From the NCBI GenBank assembly GCA_964016885.1, contig OZ024745.1, forward strand, positions 46,686,001 to 46,750,000: a stretch of DNA of 64,000 nt, read 5' to 3'. Below the pieces are notes generated by a model that made no database searches, was not told where the DNA came from, and was given only the letters and a program-made list of their open reading frames with translations. Source of the stretch: Eledone cirrhosa (taxonomy: Eukaryota). This document shows, in pieces, positions 1 to 10,906 of the stretch (positions are counted from its first letter, which is position 1; every line of letters starts with the position of its first letter). A program made the translations under genes and the position numbers.

Positions 1-2228
1 ATTTGGCTGCTATTCTAGCAGATCACACAACCACGTAAAGGCTCCTTTGTATAATTTTTATTGTCTATGGTAGAAGAGGAATTATTTGTGATGTCTGTCT
101 GGACAAGATGTGGAGTTAATTAATATGACCGCACACAAGTTGAATCAATGTAAAAACCCACATATTTTTACATCAATCTTTGGAATGACAGGAAAATAAA
201 TATATAATCAAACTATTGTGTGGCAAACAATTTTTATACAGCAGTTATCTTTTATAAGTGACTGAATAAACAAAGAATTTGGCTGATAAAGCCATTATGG
301 TTGCTGCCTACTTTGTTGTGTATGTAAAGAGAAGAGCTAGAAACAAAATTACTCCTGAAATCACTCTTATATCAAGTCCATCTGCTGCATCTTCAGTTGA
401 CAAGTACAAAAACATCTGATCACATCAGCTCATAGCAGCCTACCAATCTGACCAGTTCTGATGGTGTTATGTTATCTCTTATCGCCCCCCCCCTCCCCCA
501 CTGTTTCTCACATCAGCTTCCTACCTTCCTCATCTCCCGCCCTCTGTAGCTTTTCTTCCCAACCCCATCCACCCTACACCCCGCCTCTCTCTCTAATAGA
601 TTTTTCTTTCACTCTCAAGTCTTTTCTCTTGCTCTCTCTTTCTCACCGGCCTTTTATCTTTTTTTAATTTTATAGTAATGTTCTTTATGCTCAAATTTTT
701 GGCTACTGCTTTTCCTAACTGTTTTTCTGTTTGCTTTTAATGTCTTGAACACTTTGAACTTTATTGATTTACATTTCCCAAGAGATAGCACACTATCTAA
801 ATGTGTTTTTCTATTAGGTTTGAGCTTGCACTGAATAAATTTTCATTTTTGTTGCCAAATACAGACTTTTGGTGTCGCAGTGCCAGTCAAGAGGAACGGA
901 TGTTAACCCTTTATTGCACTGGTCAGATGTCGTATATTATTTCTTTCATTGACACATCCTCTACTCATATTTTAATTGGCTAAAGGTTTTCAGTCTAGCT
1001 GTTAGATAATTTCTAGGAAAATTAGATGTGGAGAAAATGTGCTTAATATAAATTTATCTTGATAAGGAAATGTATTCCCCATTGCCACAACAGTAGGATT
1101 TCATGTAGAGTTTCACACATGAGTTGTTTTTATGCTGTCTGAATTGTAAGCAGAATTCTGAACTGTCTAAGTTGTTGAAATAATGAAATATTTCATAATA
1201 ATGAAACATTTTATAATAATGAAGCTTTTCAAAGAAATATTCAGGATTAATCAAATAAAATGATCTTTAATTAGAATCTCAGACTTTAATTATACTTGTG
1301 TGTTGTGTGTGTGCATTGCTGTCATGCTGAATCTCCCTGAGAATTATATTGAGTACAAGTCTGTGGAATGCATAGTCACTTGCATGTTATATTCACGAGT
1401 AAGTTCATAGTTTTATTGAACAACCGTAATCCTTGTTGTATCCAACAGATCCATTCCATTCCTGATAAGATTTTGTGGTTAACCCAAATTTCTTAAAACT
1501 ATTTTTGTTTTGTGACTGGAGTTATTAATGGAAATATTTTCTATTTCCTTATGATTACATCTGTTTCTGATTGAATGGAATTAGATTTTATTCCCAAGAT
1601 TAATTTCTAATTGTGAGGTTTAACTGGCTTTAAAAATATCGTATGATTATCTGTTCTAAACTACCTCATCATTTCTATATTGAATATAGCTTTCAATAAT
1701 CTATTCATTATTTCTGTTTAACATTTCAATACTTGTGTAGCAGTTGAAACTTGTCTGTTTAGTGTTATCTTCACTGTGTCTGATAAAATTACCATGTGAG
1801 GAAATTATGAAACTGAGCAGAAAAGCCAAGAATTAAAATTCGCTGTGAATCATCATCATTTTATGTCAGCTTTTCTATACTTGCATGGGTTGAGCAAGTC
1901 TTTTCTAGCACAGCATCCCCCCATTCATTGTATTCCTTAGTCCTCTCCTCTGGGAGCTTTAGCAATTTGGAATCAGCTCCAAAATATATTTTGTTAAACA
2001 TTTCACTTAAAACTACATACCTCAGTTGAATAGGTAGTTATTACATATTCTGGGAATATTAGATTGACATTTTACTGGATATCTTGTTCATTTAATTCAG
2101 TTATATCAGAGCTAGGAGCCATTCCATGTGAGTCATTTTGGGGCTTTAACTTTGACATTTGTTTATGCTGAAGACTTTTAACAATTGTACAATTTTATTG
2201 CCCTTTTTTTCTGTGTGTGTGGTATTGT

Positions 2229-2458
2229 TTAACCATTTTGACATCAAACTGCCTGAAGTCACTCCTGGTTTTACGTAACAAAACTGTTTGTTTTAAAGAT
2301 TTTATATTTATCTAAAAACCTTTCATCATTTTATGCAAGAACCTTTAAGCTATGCTCCAAATATTAGCTTAATAAGGAGAAAGTCAGCTATATTATTAAA
2401 TCCCTTCAAATTCTGGAATATTTTCAAAATTATCGAAATATAGTAATGAAAGGGTTAA
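2229..2458. mobile_element. TTAA-bounded AT-rich MITE (piggyBac-like ends)
   Basis: ttaaccatttt...gaaagggttaa ends; internal consensus aaacctttcatcat..ttttatgtaagaacctttaag shared by more than 10 copies in the window. Confidence 0.7.
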
Positions 2459-5347
2459 TCCAAATCTTCATACTTTTAAAAGGAAAACTAAAAGCTATTG
2501 AATTGAAAATACTGGTAATTATTTTGTATGTTTAAAAATGTTGGTCTCCTTTATATAGACAGCACTAAATGAATACTTTGTTAAAACGATGGGAGTAAGT
2601 TTTAGCTGAACTAAAGAATTCCTGGCACTTCTGAAACTTAGTTATTCACCATTCATAATAGATAATAATCTTTCTGCTTTTAAAATCATGAAGATTTCTA
2701 CAAAGGAATTGTTTCATTATAGGTTAGTTGGGCAGAAGTTTAGTCGGCAGTGTTTGCTCCCAAGTGTAATATGTGTGATGAAAGGCAACATTGACCTCTA
2801 TTGGGATTTAAACTCTCAGTGGTGAAGTACTTAATAAAATACAATAATGAATCTAGTCTTGTTCTCTGCTCTGTTTATCATTTCATCGCCCTCCCATTCA
2901 TATTTTAGTATATGTTAGTGTTATATGTTAGCAGTCTTTATCTTGATATTCAATTTTTTTTCCAAAATGAATACTAATGCATTCACAAATTATTGATTTC
3001 TGTAGCATAAGAACTAGATAAATAGGTGTCAATAAAGAGGGTGTTCACATCTCTTTCAAAAGAATTAGCAACATCAGTTATGTGAACAAGGCCCACCATG
3101 GAGTATTGCTTTCACATCTGAGGTGGTGCTGTTGTTGCTCACACAGGCATCCTAGGCTGCATCATGAAAAAACAAGAAAAAGCCACCTGGCTAATCAGTT
3201 TAAAACGACTCTAACAATCTCAAATTTCCAGCCTGCAAACATGCTGCCCCCTCTCTCTACCTCATCTACTATTACTACAATGGTCTCTGCTTCTTGTAGC
3301 TCACTGTACTCATGTCACCTCCAGTCTGGCGCTCATGACTCATCTCTTCACACATGTGTGTCCCACAAACACTAACTACTACGCACAAAACATTGGCCAC
3401 TTAGAACTCTCTGCTCAGGCTTTTAATAAACGAGTAGTCGTACAACAATTTAAACACATCAATGGCATTAATCTTTCTGGTCTTGGAGGTCTTGTGAAGG
3501 CCATGGACACTGCCCATTCATCCAAAACTACCAAGTAAAACAAACAACAAAATTCAGTGAAAGCTCACATTCTATTTTATCTTCAACTGGTGTTTGCTTA
3601 TAGAGTTACAACACTTTCTCCATACAACTTTCAACTATATTTTTTTTGTTTGTTTAAGTGTAATGATATTTTTTCTGGAAAATATTTTTGAAGAATAATT
3701 CTTCAACATACAAGAAGCCTTTTAAAGCCGTTTTCCATCAGAGACTGGCTTTACTCATCGTGGGCTTTTTCTGAGGCAATGTTTTACAGCCATATGTTCT
3801 TTCTGACACCAATCCTTTTAGTGACTTCTTAGAGTTTTTCTATTCTAGACTAGATACACAGATGGATAATTTCATGGAATATAATTTGCCTATATAATAA
3901 ATATAAATAAAACTATTCAAATTGTTTTTTTTTGTTACAACCTTAGAAAGTCTACTGGTACCTTCAATCAACCCCACATTTCTATTACTTGAATATGTGG
4001 TCACCATCTTTTCATAATCAAATTATCAAATGAACATTATAACACTGACTAGTATTCAAATAATATTTCTAAGAATTGTTTCCTTTGGTCACTGGACTGC
4101 CATTTTCCTCTGCCAAATTGGGTGGTAGATGTCATCCCTAAAGAAGGAGCCTTATGAGGTGGAATGGCTGATGCTGTGGGTATAGCTGGCTGTTCTCCAG
4201 GACAATGCCTTCATGTTGTTCACTGAACACAGCTGTGATATACCATCCAGCTAAGGGTCTAGTTTTCCTCCTTCCCATTTCTTTTCCCTTTTTTTCTTTT
4301 ATTTTTTATTTTTTGTCCTTATGTTATTGTAAACATATTTACAAGCATTGTAATAGTAATTTTAAACCATAAAATTAAAAAAGAATGTTACAAGTTCAAT
4401 CATTTGACTTATAATTCAAGTTGAGTAAAAGTGTGTTCATACACCAAATAGGCAACTTTTAACATCTTCAGTCGTTGCTTATATTCTACATTATGTTTTA
4501 TCAATGTTGATTATCAATGAAACTCATCTTCCAACACACTTGATATTTTTTATGAATTTTTATATAACAAATTAGTTGCTATAGTGCCAGCAAGCACTGG
4601 CTATATTTCTGATGATAAAGCAGTTATCTCCTTTGCTTCCATGATAAACAAATGCTAGTCAACTCTTAATATCTTTCATAATCACAGCATTTATCTTTAC
4701 TGTTATTTCTGATGTTGCAAAGAATCAAAACTTTTTATTACTTTGATAGTTTATTCCAGTATTGTGCACATTTAGAACTGTGTGAATATACTTAAGATGT
4801 CCATAAAAGAAAAGATACTAAAATAGAAATTCACACACAATTAGATATCTTTGAGTATATTTTTTAACGCTTTTGTGACTATATTTTGAATGAAATGCAC
4901 TTTATTTCATTTAATTGAGGGGTTTATTGAAATTATTTCATTTCTCTGCGGTAATGCTTTTGTTTGTAGGGCGTGACTGAGGTACCAGTCAAACTGAGAT
5001 ATAGTATCTGTCCCGCCTCTCTCATTTGTTGCTTGATCCTTCCTTCTTTTCTCCTATTCATTTTATTTTCTTCCTTTTCTGTTCCCTTTAATAGTATTTT
5101 GTTTTTATTAGATACTGTTCAATTATTTTTATATAATCTCAATGGCTTTTCTTAACATTGAGAGATTTTGTATATTGAGTAAATAAAACAAGATAGTAAA
5201 TTAACATGATTTTTATACAAAATTTATGTTGAAAGATTTTCTTTTAAAAAGGAACTAGTTAAAATGGGTGGCTTTATTTCATACAACCAGTGCCAGTTTT
5301 GGATGGGTTGGTACCAAAATAAATAAACATAGGTAAACATTTCAAGA

Positions 5348-5379
<32 letters not shown>

Positions 5380-5723
5380 CAAATATTTCTATCATATGAT
5401 TTCTTTTTCTATTGACTTGCTATAACTGTTATTTATTCCTGTTGTGGTCTAAAAGCTACAAAGTTCTCAAGTTGCATTGGTAGAATGTTTAGTGACTCAC
5501 TGATAAAATTTATTTATATTGTAGTATAGGCATTAATCTGGATTAAACTAATCCTATTGCTGACTGTTAATTAGATTAGCTAGAACAGCTGATAGTTTTC
5601 CTATTAAATTTAGTTTCATATAATGTTAATATTTTAACTTTACAAATTTTTTAATGTTAATTGGATATTAGCACCTCCAAACTCTAGGCTAAGTCCCTCA
5701 ATTATATATATTTATATATATTT

Positions 5724-5886
5724 ACACTGTAAATGTGGTTGGTGTTAGGAAGGGCATCCAACTGTAGAAAACCCGCCAGACAGTCCTATGCGAGCAAGAC
5801 AACCACTCTTGCCTCAAGTGGGAAAACCCCCGTCCAAACCCATGCAAGCGTGGAACACGGACGCTAAACCTGATGATGATGATGAT
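5724..5886 (+). mobile_element. Solo RTE 3'-UTR module (similar modules at 6322-6480, 6745-6935, 11240-11448, 12918-13150, 37735-37832, 38580-38755, 46070-46335, 56095-56300)
   Basis: Reverse complement of 7762-7915: actgtaaatgtggttggtgttaggaagggcatcca..cccatgcaagcgtgg..(gat)n. Confidence 0.85.
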
Positions 5887-5888
5887 TT

Positions 5889-6225
5889 AGGTGCATGGCT
5901 TAGTGGTTAGAGCATTGAGCTTGCAATCGAAAGGTTGTGAGTTCAATTCTCAGACCGGGTGATGTTGTTTTCTTGAGCAAGACACTTTATTTCACATTGC
6001 TCCAGTTTACTCAGCTTTAGAAATGAGATGATAGGGACTGGGGTGCCTATCATTCCACTGTAAAGTAGACGTGTCGGTGCTACGGCAAAAAATCACCCAG
6101 CACTCACTGTAAATGAGGTTGGTGTTAGGAAGGGCATCCAGCTGTAGAAATCAAGCCAGAATCAGTTCCTGTCCAACCCTTGCAAGCAGGGAAAAGCGGA
6201 TGTAAAATGATGATGATGATGATTA
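5889..6225 (+). mobile_element. SINE family A: tRNA head + CORE-like body + RTE-derived 3' part
   Basis: A box TGGCTTAGTGG, B box GAGTTCAATTC, MIR-CORE-like cttgagcaagacacttt..cagtttactcagct..gaaatg, LINE-shared 3' end, (ATG)n tail. Confidence 0.88.
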
Positions 6226-7336
6226 TGATATATAAAGTTTAATATAGAAATGGCTTCTAATTGGTATTGAGTAACTTATGGTGGTGGTTACCCCTGATTG
6301 AATCCGGGACTCAAATATATATAGTGTTGGCATTAGAAGGGGCATCCAGCCATAGAAACCAAGCCAAAATCAGTTCTGTATGAACAAGACATGATCATGT
6401 TACCTCGACTTGCCTCAAATAGGACAACCCGTCTAACCGATGCCAGTGTGGAAAATGGATGTTAAATGGTGATGATGATATATATATATAAAGTTAGTCA
6501 GTTCTTTTTAGTGCATCCTAACTTGTTAATATTTCAGAAAAGTAAGAATTGTTAAAAGGAAAAAATAAAAGGACCTTAAAATTTTCAAGCTTCAAATGTT
6601 ATAATGTTACACTAGTAATCAGAAATGAATATTCCAATTGAAATACCTTTTTAATAAGTAATGTGTAGTACTGGATGGTAGATTGTTTTAAAACAAGTCA
6701 TCCTATTTCCACTTTTCGTGCTAGCATTATTGAATGTGTTGTCACAGTTTGAGACTAGATGGGTTAGAGAGCCTCGTCTTGCTCATGTTTGATTTTTGGC
6801 ATGGTTTCTATGGCTGGATGCTTTTCCTAATGTCAACCAGAATGTGCTTACTGGCCACTTTTTTTTTTATTATAGCATCAGCTCTATCACTTTTCTGAGT
6901 GGACTAGATACATTTTATCATGGCACCAGCACTAGAGGTTAATGTCCTCTGTAGACTAAAAGGAGTCCTCTCAACTCTACATGATCTCAGTTTGGTTATT
7001 ACCAGCTTATAGTGTATTAGGTACAGTGGCACTAGTAAGTTTGTCTTGAGTTGGTAGGAATTCTGAGTTTAGTAAAGAACTAAAATGTAAAGAACATTTA
7101 ACTCTGTGTTAGCAATATTGAAGAAAGAAAACAAAAACCTGTGTGTGTTGATAAAATAGTACATTATTACCTGAGCATTTATTCAAATTGAAATTCTGTC
7201 AGTTGAACAGCATGGAAAAAGCTATTTATTTTAGGTTCAAGGAATATTTTCAGTTGGTAACAAGCAATTTTATTTTGTTTTTGAAATTGGTTGAGATTTG
7301 CCAATAGCTATTTCTAAAACAATCGGTATTTCATTT

Positions 7337-7675
7337 TCATCATCATCATTTCGTTTTACGTCCGCTTTTTTCCTGCTTGCAAGGGTGGGACGGGAACTGA
7401 TTCTGGCTTGATTGCTACAGCTGGATGCCCTTCCTAACACCAACCTCATTTACAGTGAGTGCTGGGTGCTTTTTTGCCATGGCACCTCCACGACCACTTT
7501 GCAGTGGAATGATAGGGACCCCAGTCCCTATATCTCATTTCTAAAGCTGAGTAAACTGGAGCAATGTGAAATAAAGTGTCTTGCTCAAGGAAACAACACA
7601 TCACCCGGTCTGAGAATTGAACTCACAACCTTTTGATTGCAAGGCCAATGCTCTAACCACTAAGCCATGTGCCTC
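7337..7675 (-). mobile_element. SINE family A, inverted copy
   Basis: Reverse complement of 5889-6225 and 44353-44680. Confidence 0.88.
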
Positions 7676-7761
7676 CATCTATTTGGAAATTAATATTTGT
7701 AATACCTCTTTTTTCCATAAGCATAGTCCAGTCTTGTCAATTAAATATGGAAAGACATATT

Positions 7762-9070
7762 ATCATCATCATCGTTTAACGTCCATCTTCCACGCTAGCA
7801 TGGGTCTGGACGGGAATTGTCCCACTTGAGGCAAGATTGGTTGTCTTGCTCAGGACTGTCTGGCGGGTTTTCTACGGCTGGATGCCCTTCCTAACACCAA
7901 CCACATTTACAGTGTGGACTGGGAGGTTTTTACCGTGTTACCTACACGGCCACATTACAGTGTGGACTGTGTGTTTTTTTGTTGTGACACCTACACGACC
8001 TCATTTATTTAGGACTGGATATTGTGGTACCAACATCAAAAGGCGTCGTGTAGATGGGAGTAGGGGTAGTGGGACGGGGGTGTATTTTGATTAAGAGGTG
8101 CCTACTGACTGTAGGTTTCGCTTTGTACTTAGGCAAAGCGGGTCTTCTGTATTACTACATAGCGCCAAAGACCTCGGTCCAGTGACGTTGTCTTGAAGAG
8201 GTGTAAGTGTGTGAGGTCGGATTTTATCAAGTCGTCTCAGGTTTTTCTGGGTCTGTCTACTCCGTAGCTACCGTCTATTTTGATCGCCCTGCACTTTTTT
8301 ATACAGCTGTCATCTTTCATGCGCATCACGTGACCATACCAACGTAGTCTTCTCTCGAGTAAACAGCATCTGATCCCTCTTATTTCTAATTTTTCACTTC
8401 ATTTATGCTTTGCCGTTCACATATATTACTATTACACATCCAACGGAGCATGCAAGCTTCGTTCCTCTCCAGTCTGTGTAGATCCTCTGCACAAAAGCCC
8501 ATGTCTCACTGCCATGTAACATCACTGTTTGTATGCAGGCATGATGCAGCCTGCCTTTTATTTTTAGAGAGAAACCTTTAGCGGCCAATAGTGGTATAAG
8601 CTCTCTGAACTTTTTCCGTCCCGTTCAGACTCTAGCTACAGTACTTTCAGAGCACCCTCCACCACTGCTGATTTTGTCACCCAGGTAACGGAAGGTGTCC
8701 ACTATTTCTATAGAACCATCTGGGCAATGGAATGAGCTAGTATTCTGTGGGCATTTGTTGCTACTTATTGCCCCAGAGCACCGGCCACATATAAAATCTA
8801 TATTCTTAGTTAGCTTACCTGTGATCCCACTACATCTTTTATGCACCCATACTTTGCATTTGGGACATAAAATGGAGTTTCTGCCTACTCCTTTCCTACA
8901 CACTGAGCATGGCCATTTCCCAGATGGGACCAGTGCCCTATTCTCCTTCCTACATATTAGGAATTTAGTCTTAGACAAGTTAACTTTAAGGCCTTTTGAT
9001 TCTAGGCCATGCTTCCATGTTTGGAATTTCTTCTCTAGTTCAGCCATTGATTCGGCTATGAGCGTTAGAT
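7762..9070 (-). mobile_element. 5'-truncated RTE-clade LINE (subfamily A): RT C-terminus with PHD finger, 3' UTR, (ATG)n tail
   Basis: ORFs 8625-9047 and 8403-8588 (GLKVNLSKTK..CSVC..FRYLG..MLHGSETW), RRLRWYGHV and RPRKT motifs downstream, catcat tail at 7762. Near-identical to 28871-30332. Confidence 0.93.
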
Positions 9071-9255
9071 TATATGATGTATAATAGCTATGATATTGTA
9101 AAACTTAAAAATACTGGTTGGCACTGCAGAATATATGCAGCAAGTGGAAATATTAGTTGTTTCATATGATGCATTAACTCACATTTACTCAGCTTGAATT
9201 ATAAGTCAAATGACTGAACTTTAAATTTTAAAAAAGGTTTTGTAAACAAATTATT

Positions 9256-9438
9256 ATAATTGTTTCTACTTTTTGGCACAAGGCCAGCAATTATCCCAGT
9301 GTATTACTGGTACTTTATTTTATCGACCCCGTAAGGATGAAAGGCAAAGTTAACCTCGGCGAGATTTGAACTCAGTCCGTAAAGGGACGTAACTGTGCTG
9401 CAAAGCATGGTGTCCGACCCTCTACCGATACTGCCAAT
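9256..9438 (-). mobile_element. SINE family B (tRNA-like head, probable Meta/MESC-type body)
   Basis: A box TGGCAGTATCGG, B box GAGTTCAAATC, body GCCTTTCATCCTTACGGGGTCGATAAAATAAAGTACCAG, flanking direct repeat AATTATTATAAT. Confidence 0.85.
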
Positions 9439-10327
9439 TATTATAATGCTTGCAAATATGTTTACAATACCATTGACTGGATGGTATATCTTAGCTGTGC
9501 TCAGCAAACATGTCAAAAGCATTACTCCAGAAAACAGCCAGTCATACCTGCTGCATCAGGCATTCCACTTCACAAGGCTACTTCTTTAGTTGAGAAGTCC
9601 CTATCTCAAATTGGCAGAGTAAAATGGCAGCCTGATGACTGAGGACATCTCAATGGTGACAGCACAAAAAAGGCAAGTCTGTCACTGCTAGGTATTAAGT
9701 TATTAGTTGATATATACAAGAGATTTATACAAATTTGTACACAAAACTCATCAATGATATCAGTTGATGGGGAAAGTACCTACAGTTGAGGTAGACAGAT
9801 AAAGACTTTAAAGTATTTCAGTGATATCTAAGAACTTTAATAAGATTGATTGAATATTGTGAGTGAGATGAAATAAGATTATGTATTATTATCAGTGCCA
9901 GAAGAATGAATTACTAAAATAAAATCAATTAAAAAGACATTTAGTTAAATCCTTTTGAAACTAAAACTTCCCAAAGCCAAACCCGATTCTGTGATACAAA
10001 ACTGTTTCTTTTAAAATGTTTAAAAACATTCTTTAATAATTTTATGTAAGAATCTTAGCTTAATAGCGAAATAGTTATTTTACTAAATCCTTCAAAAGTC
10101 TTAGTTTCAAAATTATTTGGAAACTATAGTACTTTTCATTAGAGATATGGTAGTAAAAAGGTTGAGATTTTCAGCAAGGTAAAAATTATAAAATATTAAC
10201 ATAATATTCATACTAATAGATTTTTAATTGTCATTTATCTGGTGTTCAGAATGATGTGGCAACTTCAGTTTACTTTCTTGGTATATCCACTTACCTTTGA
10301 AATTACCATATTTGGTTTATAATTTAG

Positions 10328-10560
10328 AAGAAAGAATTGTTGGACAGATTTTATGGGTAAAACCAGTCAGCAGGAGACCCAGGGGGTAGACCCCCCCCCC
10401 CCAACAAGATGGTTGGATAACATCCATGAGCTCAGCTAGTTTTACTTGGGGATCCAGTTGGATCAAGTGGAGACAGTTGTTTCTGACAGGACCCACTGGA
10501 AGAAGTGTTTGAAGACTCTACCTCCATGAGCCTCCCAGGAATAAGTGGGCAAAGAAGAAT
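10328..10560 (+). mobile_element. 3' end of a different RTE-type LINE family
   Basis: Translates RIVGQILWVKPVSRRPRGRP..RWLDNI..DRTHWKK..LPP*, the RTE C-terminal RPRGRP/RW motif. Tail differs from the PHD family. Confidence 0.65.
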
Positions 10561-10690
10561 TTAGAGCATATAAATGTGACCTCAAAATTTAAGATTGTTC
10601 ACTGTAGCTGCTAATTCGTGTAATGGTTCCTTTATGTGATACCAAACCTCCCGAAACTGCTCCTTATTTCAGGATATAAAATTATTTGTT

Positions 10691-10906
10691 TTAACCCTTT
10701 AGCATTCACATTATTCTATATATACTATTATATTTTCATGGTAAAGGCTTTACCTTGCATATTTATCTCACATAATATCAAATCTGAGATTTTGAAAGTA
10801 TTTATTTTGAGAACAATACCATAACATCAGTTTGAGTGACCAGTTACAGCCAGTTTCAACAGAAAGAGGTAGAGAGTTTTGGCCGCTTTGAACATTAAAG
10901 GGTTAA
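10691..10906. mobile_element. TTAA-bounded MITE, different internal sequence
   Basis: Perfect 11-bp inverted ends TTAACCCTTTA / TAAAGGGTTAA. Confidence 0.7.

Noticed and set aside
3082-3538. Two overlapping + ORFs in a GC-richer patch
   Set aside because: No recognisable domain or convincing splice sites; possibly an old LINE 5' remnant. Not supportable as IQGAP exon 1.
5893-5960. tRNA-like sequence with A and B boxes
   Set aside because: Continues into a SINE body in every copy, with no complete cloverleaf or terminator; not a tRNA gene.
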